The notes: generated by a model from the sequence alone, not told the origin. Shown: positions 39,415 to 49,160, numbered from the stretch's first letter. The stretch: 64,000 nt of DNA from Thermoproteota archaeon (GCA_032249235.1 JAVVGF010000001.1:128001-192000); one strand, 5' to 3'. Program-made: numbers and translations.

Positions 39415-40201
39415 ACTTTGAAGATAGCTTCTCTACTTCATTCTCGCTAAATCCCAATTTTCTCAGACTTTCCTCGATGCTTGCATCTATATTTTTATAA
39501 TATTCATTAATTTCCTCAATATCCAATTTTCTTCCTATAAGTTCGAAAAAGCTATTTTTAATATGATCTTCAGAGAGTTTAAAAGAAGATATTAGAAGTT
39601 CAGACCCAATCACAGCATCTAAGATTTGTACAACACTTATCTTTTCCTTAGCTATAAACTCTTCAAAGACCTTATTCGCAATTATCTTATTTTTCTCGTT
39701 GTAATCAAAAAGTTCAAATAATTTTTTATAAGTATAGTTATTACTCTTTTCAATTAAATAATCTAGATTAGATCTATAAATTGTTTCCAAAAATATATTT
39801 AAAAGAAGATATTGACGCAAAGGATTAAATGTCTTTACTACGCTTAATCCAAGTTCTAGTGCTGTAGAACCTTCTGCTTCAATACCTTTTAACAAAGCAA
39901 ATTTATTAATTACGCTTAAAAATTCAAGATCCTCTGCAAGTTTGCTACCTTCTATTGCTTTTATTTTAACGTTGAGATTTGAATTTAGGATGTTTTCTCT
40001 GATTTTCGCTAAAGCTTTTCTCATTTGATATGAATAGGCAAGAAATGAATTGAAGGCAGATTCGCTTATAGGTTTAAAATTTTTTAGAGTAACAAACAAT
40101 ACCGAATTGCTTAATAGTTCTTCTGATAAATTGAATATTTCTACGTCGTTTTCCCTAGCAATAAGCTCTAGTTCAAGTTTAATCCATTTCGATCTTTCCA
40201 T
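39386..40201 (-). CDS. Hypothetical all-helical protein
   Basis: 271-aa ORF filling the gap, with no clear motif. Confidence 0.6.
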   Translation of the reverse strand: MERSKWIKLELELIARENDVEIFNLSEELLSNSVLFVTLKNFKPISESAFNSFLAYSYQMRKALAKIRENILNSNLNVKIKAIEGSKLAEDLEFLSVINKFALLKGIEAEGSTALELGLSVVKTFNPLRQYLLLNIFLETIYRSNLDYLIEKSNNYTYKKLFELFDYNEKNKIIANKVFEEFIAKEKISVVQILDAVIGSELLISSFKLSEDHIKNSFFELIGRKLDIEEINEYYKNIDASIEESLRKLGFSENEVEKLSSKFMFLERRLC

Positions 40202-40241
40202 ATGTTAGAAAGGTTAAGCTATCAATTAAACGTTAAGAATT

Positions 40242-40649
40242 TCAAGATTGTTTTTTGAAAGACTGCAATATATGACTTTCTATTTCGACAGTATAAAGTG
40301 CTTCGTTTCCTCTAAAACAATGGAACTCAAGAATTTCATTACCTGTATTTATTATTTGATGTGGCTCATTTGCTCTTATGAACACAATATCATTAGCTTT
40401 AATTTCTTTCATAACAGGTTTTCCATCTTCGATAGTTAAAATTGCACCTTTCCCTTTTGTTATGATAAGTATATGCTCATAGTTATGAATATCATAAGGT
40501 GTCATTCCTCCTGGTTCAATTTTATAATATCTTAAATAAAACCTAAAGGAACCAAATCTATCGTCGATGACTTTCCTTCTCAATACTTTTGTTGCACCTC
40601 TTTCTTTAAACTCTTCAAATTCTATTTTATCCAATTCTCTTATTATCAT
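40242..40649 (-). CDS. Cupin domain protein
   Basis: IEPGGMTPYDIHNYEH...GKG and NEPHQIINTG motifs. Confidence 0.88.
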   Translation of the reverse strand: MIIRELDKIEFEEFKERGATKVLRRKVIDDRFGSFRFYLRYYKIEPGGMTPYDIHNYEHILIITKGKGAILTIEDGKPVMKEIKANDIVFIRANEPHQIINTGNEILEFHCFRGNEALYTVEIESHILQSFKKQS

Positions 40650-40668
40650 TAGGAAGAATTATATTTCA

Positions 40669-41583
40669 TCAAATATATCTTCTTGAGTCTTCTGTAAGAA
40701 ATAATAAGAAAAGAGATGCTACAATTAGATCCGCAGTTGTCCCTGCATTAATTTTCAGACTTGAAAATTCTTCATCTATTTCGTTTGCAATTATTTCAAT
40801 GTCTTTTTTTGTTTTCATTTTTTCATCGACGAATTTTCTAATTCTTTCAGCTATTTCGTAGCCGAATTTTCTATATACATGCGAATCAATTCTTTTGCTT
40901 AGTAATGTTAAGAATGTGCGTAAGCATGCTCTATTTAGACTTTCCTCATTTGAATATTTTAATAATAGAGGAAAGCTTTCTTCAAACGTTATCTTATAAT
41001 ACGTATAGTATTCATGAGCGATCCAATCGTATTGAGTAGCACTTCTCATTATTTCTCTCGGCTTTGCCTTCTTTTCCAAAATCTCCCTTTCCCAATCCTT
41101 CTTTGTTATATCAAATTCTTCCTGCTTTAAAAGCCACTTTGGTTTAGTTAAAAGTATTGCTTTGCATATCATTATTGAATCTTCTGGTTCGCTTGAATCT
41201 AGCACAATTTTTAAGCAATCCCTCAATCTTTCTATACTAATTTCTTTGGATTCTTTAAAGCAAAGCGCTGATGATGTTATCAAAGGAATTAAGAGCATTA
41301 AAGAACCGAGACTAGTATTTCCTTGAGACTGATATTTAAGCATGAGTTCAGTCGCTTCATAAATTCTTTTACCTATCCTGAATCTTTTAACATATCCATC
41401 TCTAAAAGCTGAATAAAATGTTAAAGCATTATAAGCAGTTGTTGCTAGGAAATTCTCGAATTTTAGATTACCTATCGATTTAATCTTCGTTACGTTTAAA
41501 GGCTTTGGATGAACACTAACTTCATATAACAACGCAAGAATTGCTGAACCTACAATTTTGTTTGTTAAATCATTTTTTTTCAT
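40669..41583 (-). CDS. citG: Triphosphoribosyl-dephospho-CoA synthase family (archaeal CitG)
   Basis: EVSVHPKPLNV, GNTSLG, DSHVYRK and NAGTTAD motifs. Confidence 0.85.
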   Translation of the reverse strand: MKKNDLTNKIVGSAILALLYEVSVHPKPLNVTKIKSIGNLKFENFLATTAYNALTFYSAFRDGYVKRFRIGKRIYEATELMLKYQSQGNTSLGSLMLLIPLITSSALCFKESKEISIERLRDCLKIVLDSSEPEDSIMICKAILLTKPKWLLKQEEFDITKKDWEREILEKKAKPREIMRSATQYDWIAHEYYTYYKITFEESFPLLLKYSNEESLNRACLRTFLTLLSKRIDSHVYRKFGYEIAERIRKFVDEKMKTKKDIEIIANEIDEEFSSLKINAGTTADLIVASLFLLFLTEDSRRYI

Positions 41584-41679
41584 ACATTTAAATATTCAAG
41601 TCTTGTTCAATAAATTGATTGTATATAATTTTCAATTTAGAAAATTTTATAAATTTGGTTATAGATTAAAACATGCGAT

Positions 41680-44211
41680 ATGGTTAAGCCACTTAGTATT
41701 GCTTTATCTAAAGAACTAGAAGAGTTATCAAACAAAATGAATAAGATGTTCGAAAATCCTGAAGGAAAGATTGTAGATATATTAGGAAAAGAAAGGATTG
41801 AACGCTTTAGGAAAGTATATTTTGCTATGCTTGATTTGATGAAGAATGGTTCATTACCTATACATCCTGATTATATTTCTGGAAACGAATTAGCTCAAAA
41901 AATTTATGAGAAAAAATATTTCTTGAAGGATCTTGAAGGGAATTTAATAGAGAAGAGACCTGAACATTTGTTCTTAAGGGTCGCTTCTTTTGTAGCAAGT
42001 GCTGAAGATGATTTCGAAAAGGCTCTGAAATTCGCAAAGGTATTCTATTTATTAATGTATGAAGGATACTTCATGCCTGCAGGAAGAGTTTTGGCAGGTG
42101 CAGGAGACTTATATCGTACAAAAACATTAGCTAACTGCTTCGTTTCTATGATAGCAGATGATAGCATTGAAGCCATTTATCAAGCTGCTTATGAAGCTGC
42201 AAGGACTTATTCATATGGAGGCGGTATAGGAATAGATATATCATGTTTGAGGCCTAAAGGTTCGAGAATACATAACGCTGCAATTACTTCTACTGGTAGC
42301 GTGAGCTTTATGGAGTTATATTCGTTAACTACAGGTTTAATTGGGCAAGAGGGTAGAAGAGGAGCTTTGATGCTAACAATAGATGTCAAGCATCCAGATG
42401 TATTTGATTTCATAATGTGCAAACAAGTACCTAATTGGGTTACTTCACAAATTGTCGAACAATTGAAAATGACTGGTATGTTTAATGAAAATCAACTAAA
42501 AGAAATAGAAAGACAAGTTAGAGAAAATACGCAAGTCAGATTCGCTAACATAAGCATAAAAGCAAGCAACGAATTCATGCGAGCAGTTGAAGAACAAATG
42601 ACTTATGGTCCTAATAAAATATTAGTATATAAGAAAAAGGCCAAAGGAGTTATAAAAAGAGTAGATAACATAAAAGATGTTCACTATTCATATGGAATTC
42701 CTTCCAAAGACATAAACAATTATGTACTAATAAAAGTTTTTGATAAGATAGAAGAATTAAATGAATTTTTAGGTATTGAATATAATATTCAAATTAATGA
42801 ATCTGATCTAAAAGATCCTTATAAAAGAGATGTATTTGGTGATTATGTCATTGAATTAAATAATAAAGATTTTGATCTTGCAATTCGTTATGCAGGAGAT
42901 TTCCTACTTTATTTCTCTTCTGATAAAACAGGCGAGATAAGGAAATTAATTAAGGCTAGAGAAATTTGGAATTTGTTCATTGAATCGAATTACAAAACAG
43001 CAGAACCTGGAATAATGTTCTGGGATAGGATGAAATATTATTCACCTTCAAATTATGTAGGTTTTCCAATAGTTACTACGAATCCTTGTGCCGAAGTACC
43101 TCTAGAAGATGGAGGAGCATGTAATTTAGGCTCAATAAATCTCTCAAGATTCGTAGACGATCCTTTCACAAGCTTCGCTAAAATAAATTTGAAAAAACTG
43201 AAAAGAGTTGTTAAATTCGCTGTTCGTTTCATGGATAATGTCATTGAATGGAATATATTATTGCATCCTTTACCTAAGCAAAGAGAAGCGAGCAAGAATA
43301 CAAGAAGAATTGGCTTAGGTGTCATGGGTGTAGCAGATATGTTTTATCAATTAGGCATTGATTATGATAGTCCTGAAGCATTAAGAATCCTTGATCGCGT
43401 AATGTTTACAATAGCAAACTCTGCATATCTTACATCTGCTCTTTTGGCAAAAGAAAAAGGTAAGCTCAACATAGACTATGAGAAATATTTAAACAACGCT
43501 TTCATTAAAGAAGCAATAAGCGAAAAAGTAAGAGAGAAGATAAAAGCTTATGGAATAAGAAACATAGCTTTATTATCTATAGCACCAACAGGTACAATAT
43601 CTAATATCGTGAAGTCTTTCGAGTATGAAGGAAAGAATTACATTGGTGTAAGCGGCGGTATTGAACCCGTTTTTGACATGTATTATTTAAGGAGAACCGA
43701 ATCTTTTAGCAGAAATGTATTGTTTAAAGTTTTCCATAGCACAATTCAAGCATATATCGATATTAAAAAATTGAATACAGCAGTGCAAGATGCAAAGGAT
43801 CTAGCGGAATTAAAGAAGTTATTGCCTTCTTTCTTCTTTAGAACAGCCCATGTAATTGATGTATATAAAAGAATAGAAGTTCAAGCTGTAGCTCAGCGTT
43901 ATGTAGATCATAGCATATCTTCAACGATTAATTTACCTGAAGATATCCATCCTGAAGTATTGTCAAAAATTTACTTTTATGCATGGAAAGCTGGTTTGAA
44001 AAGCGTAACTATATACAGAGAGGGTAGCAGATTTCCTATATTAAGTAGATTGAAGGAAAAAAGCAAGTTTGATGAATATAAAGATAAATTATTTGAAATA
44101 AAGATCGGAGATAAAACAATTATTGCAAAAGGAGATGAAATTATTGAATTACCTGATGGAACTTTATCTACACCTTATCATATATTATTAAGTAGGGGTA
44201 TGATTTCATGA
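41680..44211 (+). CDS. nrdJa: Class II (B12-dependent) ribonucleotide reductase, catalytic subunit
   Basis: PAGR, LANCF, RRGA, AEPG, TNPCAE, ACNLGSINL, IAPTGTIS and SISSTIN motifs. Confidence 0.92.
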   Translation: MVKPLSIALSKELEELSNKMNKMFENPEGKIVDILGKERIERFRKVYFAMLDLMKNGSLPIHPDYISGNELAQKIYEKKYFLKDLEGNLIEKRPEHLFLRVASFVASAEDDFEKALKFAKVFYLLMYEGYFMPAGRVLAGAGDLYRTKTLANCFVSMIADDSIEAIYQAAYEAARTYSYGGGIGIDISCLRPKGSRIHNAAITSTGSVSFMELYSLTTGLIGQEGRRGALMLTIDVKHPDVFDFIMCKQVPNWVTSQIVEQLKMTGMFNENQLKEIERQVRENTQVRFANISIKASNEFMRAVEEQMTYGPNKILVYKKKAKGVIKRVDNIKDVHYSYGIPSKDINNYVLIKVFDKIEELNEFLGIEYNIQINESDLKDPYKRDVFGDYVIELNNKDFDLAIRYAGDFLLYFSSDKTGEIRKLIKAREIWNLFIESNYKTAEPGIMFWDRMKYYSPSNYVGFPIVTTNPCAEVPLEDGGACNLGSINLSRFVDDPFTSFAKINLKKLKRVVKFAVRFMDNVIEWNILLHPLPKQREASKNTRRIGLGVMGVADMFYQLGIDYDSPEALRILDRVMFTIANSAYLTSALLAKEKGKLNIDYEKYLNNAFIKEAISEKVREKIKAYGIRNIALLSIAPTGTISNIVKSFEYEGKNYIGVSGGIEPVFDMYYLRRTESFSRNVLFKVFHSTIQAYIDIKKLNTAVQDAKDLAELKKLLPSFFFRTAHVIDVYKRIEVQAVAQRYVDHSISSTINLPEDIHPEVLSKIYFYAWKAGLKSVTIYREGSRFPILSRLKEKSKFDEYKDKLFEIKIGDKTIIAKGDEIIELPDGTLSTPYHILLSRGMIS

Positions 44212-44900
44212 TAAAGCTGGAATCATTTGATTTTGAAATAAAAGAAGCTAAGAAAAAGCCAGAGCAGGAAATAGCTATACAAAAAGAAAAGGTATCTTTG
44301 ACACCTTTAGAAAGACCTTATTGCATAGATGGAAAAATATATAAGTTGAAAAGTAGATTTGTTGCGCATTCGATTTTCATTACAATAGGATACATTAAAG
44401 AAGGGAACAAAGTTAGACCTTTCGAGATCTTCATCAATAGCAAAGATCTTTCAAGAGCTGCGGAATTTACGATGCTAACAAGACTACTGTCTGCAATATT
44501 CAGAAGATTTGAAGATCCTGTATTCATTCTTGAAGAATTGAGAAGTGTTTATGATCCTAATAGGATTGGATATTGGATAACTTTGGATGAAAAAGGAGAG
44601 AAAAGAAGATATATACATTCATTATATGGAGAAATAGCTGAAGTAATTGAGCAATTCTTCAGAGAAATGGGCATAATTAAAGATTCTGAAAATACCCAAA
44701 TTGTTCCGTTAAACCAAGAAATTCAAATCAAACCAAAAATTCAAGAACCGTTTGCAAGTGAAAAACAAGTAACTGATATAGGTGTTGAAGAGTTGAATCT
44801 TTTCCAAATATGTCCAGTATGCAATTTAAGGACTTTGAAAATTGAAGGCGGTTGTTACACATGCATAAATCCTGAGTGTGGCTATACGCGTTGTGGATGA
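44208..44900 (+). CDS. nrdJb: Class II RNR C-terminal subunit (TSCPD domain plus Cys-rich tail)
   Basis: RPFEIFINSK, TRLLSAIFR and CPVC...GGCYTC...CGYTRCG; ATGA overlap with nrdJa. Confidence 0.85.
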   Translation: MIKLESFDFEIKEAKKKPEQEIAIQKEKVSLTPLERPYCIDGKIYKLKSRFVAHSIFITIGYIKEGNKVRPFEIFINSKDLSRAAEFTMLTRLLSAIFRRFEDPVFILEELRSVYDPNRIGYWITLDEKGEKRRYIHSLYGEIAEVIEQFFREMGIIKDSENTQIVPLNQEIQIKPKIQEPFASEKQVTDIGVEELNLFQICPVCNLRTLKIEGGCYTCINPECGYTRCG

Positions 44901-44933
44901 TCTAAATATTTTCAAATTTTAATATTAATATGA

Positions 44934-46073
44934 ATGCCTGTAAATTTACCGAAGGAAGCAAGGGTAAAGTATCAAAAGGTACTTGAAGCCAGGACTAAAG
45001 AAGAAAAACTTCGTGCTCTTCAAGAATATTTATCATCAATTCCAAAGCATAAAGGAACAGAAAATCTAATAGCACAAGTAAGGCATCAAATAGCTACTCT
45101 TAGAAAAGAAATAGAAAAAGAAAAGGAGTTAAAAAGAAGAATAACAACAGGACCAGCCTTTAATGTAAAAAAAGAAGGAGATCTTCAATATATTTTAGTA
45201 GGGTTTACTAAATCAGGCAAAAGTATTTTATTGAACAAACTTACAGGAGCAAAATCGGAATATGGTGAAAGACCATTCATAACTACCATGCCTATAGCTG
45301 GCACTTTAAACTATAAAGGTGTTCTAATACAGCTTGTTGATACTCCTTCTTTAATGGAAGGAAATGAAGACTGGAATAACATAGTCTTTTCTTTAGCAAG
45401 ATCTGCAGATGGTCTTATTCTTGTATTAGATGGATCAAAAAATGTTAATGAGCAATATTCAAAGCTTAAGGAAATGCTTAGAGAAAACGGAATTATTATA
45501 GGAACCAGGAAGTTCCACATAAAGGTTTACAAATCTCCTTTAAAGAAACTCAAAGTTATATTGAATGGAGAAATAATAGGTGCAACTGAAAATGATATTT
45601 ACAAGATATTAAACGATTATAAATTCAGAGATATAGTTGTTGAATTTTATGGGAAAGCTACATTAGAGGAATTCGAAACTGCTTTAATTAGCAATGTAAT
45701 TACTAAGCCTGCTATAATTTTGATAAATAATGCCAATGTAAAAGAAGGAAGTTATGATTTTGATGGATTAGAATACGTTAATATTTACTCTTCGGACTCC
45801 ATTGATAAGGAAGAAGTAGGTAGAAAAATCTTCGAAAGCTCAGGTATGATAAGAGTTTATACAAAAGAACCAAATGAAGATCATCCTTCAAACAAACCTT
45901 TAGTTGTTAAGAAAGGAACCACTGCAATAGAAGTTGCTGAAATAATTCATAAAGATCTTGCTAGACTTTTCAAATATGCAAGAGTTTGGGGTAAAAGTGT
46001 AAACTATCCTGGAGAGAAAGTAGGACCGAAACATGTTCTAGAAGATGGAGACATAATAGAAATTAGAGCGTGA
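44934..46073 (+). CDS. DRG/Rbg-family GTPase with a TGS domain
   Basis: MPVNLP, PKHKGTE, GFTKSGKS, DTP and C-terminal TGS (HVLEDGDIIEI). Confidence 0.9.
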   Translation: MPVNLPKEARVKYQKVLEARTKEEKLRALQEYLSSIPKHKGTENLIAQVRHQIATLRKEIEKEKELKRRITTGPAFNVKKEGDLQYILVGFTKSGKSILLNKLTGAKSEYGERPFITTMPIAGTLNYKGVLIQLVDTPSLMEGNEDWNNIVFSLARSADGLILVLDGSKNVNEQYSKLKEMLRENGIIIGTRKFHIKVYKSPLKKLKVILNGEIIGATENDIYKILNDYKFRDIVVEFYGKATLEEFETALISNVITKPAIILINNANVKEGSYDFDGLEYVNIYSSDSIDKEEVGRKIFESSGMIRVYTKEPNEDHPSNKPLVVKKGTTAIEVAEIIHKDLARLFKYARVWGKSVNYPGEKVGPKHVLEDGDIIEIRA

Positions 46074-46909
46074 GAAAATTCATATCTCCATCTTCAATTT
46101 TAGTATTGCCTAGGTTAGAATTCGATGATGAAGGTAATATAAGAGGACTAGCTACAGTCTCTTATAATGTTGATTGCAAAGTCATTGCAGAATCAGAACT
46201 TAGCGATAAGTTTGAAATAATAGGAGGTGAAGAGTTCAAGTTAATTATTGAACGTGTAATAAGAAAATTAAATTTGAAGAATGCATCAATAAGAATTTCA
46301 TTCGAAAAAAGATTTTCTTCTTTAAATCAAGAACTCTCAGCTTTACTTTCTTCTTTTGCAAGTTATCTAAGCTTATTTGATTTTGATTTAAATGATAATA
46401 TTAAAAATTTAGAAGAAGAAGTGTTAAATGAAAAAATTTGTTTTTTATCTCCATTGACGCTATTATATAAAGGTTGTGTATTTTTCAAAAAGGATAATTT
46501 TTCTAGTATGTGTTATGAATTGAATTTCGATTTGCTAAATTATTCTATAATATTGATTGAGCTTGGAAGCCTAGATTTCAACTATTTCTTGAAAGACAAA
46601 AATTATCGAAAAGTTTTAGCGATTCATTCTTCATCCTCTTTCGATCTTTTCTCTTATTCGATGGATTTACCTTCACTTTATGAGGCAAATAATAGGTTAG
46701 CTTTTCAAGCTGGAATAATTGAACCTGAAATTGAAGAAATGATGAATGAAGCGAGGAAGTTGAATTGCGATTTTGTAGGTTATAATTATTTCTCTAGAGC
46801 TTTTCATTGTCTTGTTAAAAAAGAATTAAGAAATACAGTTTATGAGAATTTAATAGGAATCCTATCTAAGAATGATAAAATAACTATCTTAGAATTTTTT
46901 AATTCCTAA
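46070..46909 (+). CDS. Divergent GHMP-fold protein (pantoate kinase-like)
   Basis: Length and the N-terminal FISPSSI pattern resemble archaeal GHMP kinases; the Gly-rich loop is absent. Confidence 0.4.
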   Translation: MRKFISPSSILVLPRLEFDDEGNIRGLATVSYNVDCKVIAESELSDKFEIIGGEEFKLIIERVIRKLNLKNASIRISFEKRFSSLNQELSALLSSFASYLSLFDFDLNDNIKNLEEEVLNEKICFLSPLTLLYKGCVFFKKDNFSSMCYELNFDLLNYSIILIELGSLDFNYFLKDKNYRKVLAIHSSSSFDLFSYSMDLPSLYEANNRLAFQAGIIEPEIEEMMNEARKLNCDFVGYNYFSRAFHCLVKKELRNTVYENLIGILSKNDKITILEFFNS

Positions 46910-46946
46910 AATAAAATTTATATATAGGAAACAAGAGAGATAATCT

Positions 46947-47414
46947 ATGCCTGAAGTAGGAGATAAATTTATAGACTTCGAACTACCTGACCAAAATCTA
47001 AACAAAGTAAGACTTTCAGATTATGTAGGGAAGAAGAACATAGTTCTAGCGTTCTATTTCCTAGATTTCACTTCTGTATGCACAAACGAGATGTGCACCT
47101 TTGATAGGTTTTTGAGCGAATTGGAAAAGTTGGATGCAACTGTTTTGGGTATAAGCGTCGATAGTCCATTTTCTCATAAAGCATTCGCAGAAAAATACAA
47201 CATAAAATATCCATTATTAAGTGATTTCAATAGAGAAGTGATTGAAAAGTATGGTGTAGTTCATGATGAAATGTTTGGTTTCAAAAGAGTAGGCAAAAGA
47301 GCTGTATTCATTATTGACAAGCAAGGAATAATAAGATACAAATGGGTTACAGATAATCCTAGGAATGAACCTAATTACGAGGAAATAAAACAAGTCCTTG
47401 CAAAGCTCAAGTGA
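46947..47414 (+). CDS. Peroxiredoxin (BCP/AhpE-like)
   Basis: DFTSVCTNEMC, GISVDS, LLSDFN and RAVFIID motifs; TATA box ~25 nt upstream. Confidence 0.92.
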   Translation: MPEVGDKFIDFELPDQNLNKVRLSDYVGKKNIVLAFYFLDFTSVCTNEMCTFDRFLSELEKLDATVLGISVDSPFSHKAFAEKYNIKYPLLSDFNREVIEKYGVVHDEMFGFKRVGKRAVFIIDKQGIIRYKWVTDNPRNEPNYEEIKQVLAKLK

Positions 47415-47706
47415 ATTTCTGGAAGATTTTATAAATAAAAACAATTTAAAAGAGGATATAATTTTTTTAATTTCAAAATTCAAAGAATATTTAGAATTTT
47501 ATAAAATAAATTATGATATAAGTTTAGATATATTTAGAGATTATTTTAATAAAAATTGGTCAATTTTAAGGCTAAATATTAAATTAAAGGATGTTCAAGA
47601 TTATGTTGAGTTCTATCTATTCAATCATTTAAGAGAAGTCTCAAAAACTATACTTAGCGAAGATAAAAGGAAGAAAGTTATAATTTATATGAGCAAAGAT
47701 GGATGA
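47398..47706 (+). CDS. Hypothetical protein, possible HEPN partner
   Basis: 102-aa AT-rich ORF overlapping the HEPN-like gene. Confidence 0.55.
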   Translation: MQSSSEFLEDFINKNNLKEDIIFLISKFKEYLEFYKINYDISLDIFRDYFNKNWSILRLNIKLKDVQDYVEFYLFNHLREVSKTILSEDKRKKVIIYMSKDG

Positions 47707-48109
47707 TCACAAGCCTTCTGATTTCCTGCTAATTGCAGAGGATATTTACTTATCTCTTAAAGAAGGAGGAAAAGCAGTAGCGACAACTCCTCATGAAGCG
47801 GCATGGCTTAGATTAGCCATATCTTTGAGTTTCTTTTCTGTATTCAATGCAATGCTGAATGTCTTAAAAAATTATGAAGATCTTAATAAGGAATATCAGG
47901 AAAAATTGGAGAAAAATGAAATTAATTTATTCAGGTTTGTCATTGAGAAAGCCCTTGAAAAATTCAAACTGGATGAAATTATCACGCTATATGAGCTTTG
48001 GATCAAAGCATTTTTCATATTACCGCCTAATTACGAGGTTAATTTTGATGATGTAGAAAAAGCTGTGAAGATTGCAGGCAATGCTCTTCGAGTTCTAGGT
48101 CTTATTTGA
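47699..48109 (+). CDS. HEPN-like protein (degenerate)
   Basis: PSDFLLIAE...RLAISLSFFSVF...DVEKAVKIA matches the HEPN helix pattern. Confidence 0.55.
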   Translation: MDDHKPSDFLLIAEDIYLSLKEGGKAVATTPHEAAWLRLAISLSFFSVFNAMLNVLKNYEDLNKEYQEKLEKNEINLFRFVIEKALEKFKLDEIITLYELWIKAFFILPPNYEVNFDDVEKAVKIAGNALRVLGLI

Positions 48110-48431
48110 TGTTTTCTTCGATGAATTTAACTAATTTATTCTTTGGAGCAGCACCAATTAATCTATTTATTTCTTTGCCGTTTTTGAAAATTATCAAAGT
48201 AGGTATAGCCATAATACCATATTTCTCCGCTATATCTGGATTTTCATCAACGTTTAATCTACCAAATCTCACCCTTCCTTCATATTCTCTTGCTAATTCT
48301 TCATAAATAGGTTCTAAAATTTTACATGGAACGCACCATTCAGCCCAGAAATCTACTATGTATGGTTTATCGCTATTCAAAACTTCATCCCAATTCTCCT
48401 TTGTAAGCGTTATTAAATTCTTGTTAGTCAT
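48102..48431 (-). CDS. trxA: Thioredoxin
   Basis: VDFWAEWCVPCK and IPTL motifs. Confidence 0.96.
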   Translation of the reverse strand: MTNKNLITLTKENWDEVLNSDKPYIVDFWAEWCVPCKILEPIYEELAREYEGRVRFGRLNVDENPDIAEKYGIMAIPTLIIFKNGKEINRLIGAAPKNKLVKFIEENIK

Positions 48432-48464
48432 AGAACTTATAGTTCTATAACTTATATTTAAATT

Positions 48465-48851
48465 ATGAAACTTAGGAGGTCTTTGCCTGCTGCGATTGGT
48501 ATGATAGGAGGTTTCGCGAACATTATCTGGACAGGATTGATCGTTTTGGTCATGATAATTTATCTTGACTTCACAGGAGGAAGATCAGATTTAGGAGCGC
48601 TTTCAGCAATCATTTTCGCAATTTTATCAGCTCTTGTTTTAAGAAGTTCTGCAAATTACGACAGAAATAAAAGCAATTCGAAAAAAACGCTGATTTACAC
48701 TCTTCTCTTCATTTTAAATTCAATAATATTTGGTTTCTTAACGGCTAGAGATATTTTTGAATTAATGTTATTTAGTTTGATATTATTCGGTCCAGGTACT
48801 TTTCTTCTAATTCCTGCTTCTTATCTTCAATTAAAAGGATTAAAGGAGTAA
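48465..48851 (+). CDS. Hypothetical membrane protein (~4 TM)
   Basis: Four hydrophobic segments. Confidence 0.7.
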   Translation: MKLRRSLPAAIGMIGGFANIIWTGLIVLVMIIYLDFTGGRSDLGALSAIIFAILSALVLRSSANYDRNKSNSKKTLIYTLLFILNSIIFGFLTARDIFELMLFSLILFGPGTFLLIPASYLQLKGLKE

Positions 48852-49097
48852 ATCCTCGAAGATTTTCTCAGCTTCTTCTCTACTATTCACTTCTTTTACA
48901 GTAATTCTACCGTTTTTGTATATGCTTATTAATTTTTCTTTATAGTATCCTCTTACGATCAATCTTGTGTTCAATACAATTTTCTCCAGCTTCTTTTTAG
49001 CAATTTCAATACTTTCATCAGCAAGTTTAGGATTTAGAATAGCAACGTATCCTTTTTCATCGCCACACATTTCTGTTATCGCTCTTATCCTTCTCAA
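48840..49097 (-). CDS. Small hypothetical protein
   Basis: 85 aa; contains MCG and ISIYKNGRITVK...EEAEKI. Confidence 0.6.
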   Translation of the reverse strand: MRRIRAITEMCGDEKGYVAILNPKLADESIEIAKKKLEKIVLNTRLIVRGYYKEKLISIYKNGRITVKEVNSREEAEKIFEDLLL

Positions 49098-49130
49098 TTC
49101 AAAAATGAATTGAATGAACTTCGTTAAATC

Positions 49131-49153
49131 TTTTTACAAACCTTTTGTAAAAA
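49131..49153. promoter_or_regulatory. 10-bp inverted repeat between divergent genes (possible operator)
   Basis: TTTTTACAAA-CCT-TTTGTAAAAA. Confidence 0.4.
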
Positions 49154-49160
49154 TTTTCTA

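Noticed and set aside
42595-42891. Intein in nrdJ
   Set aside because: No intein terminal residues or LAGLIDADG motifs; treated as a plain insertion.
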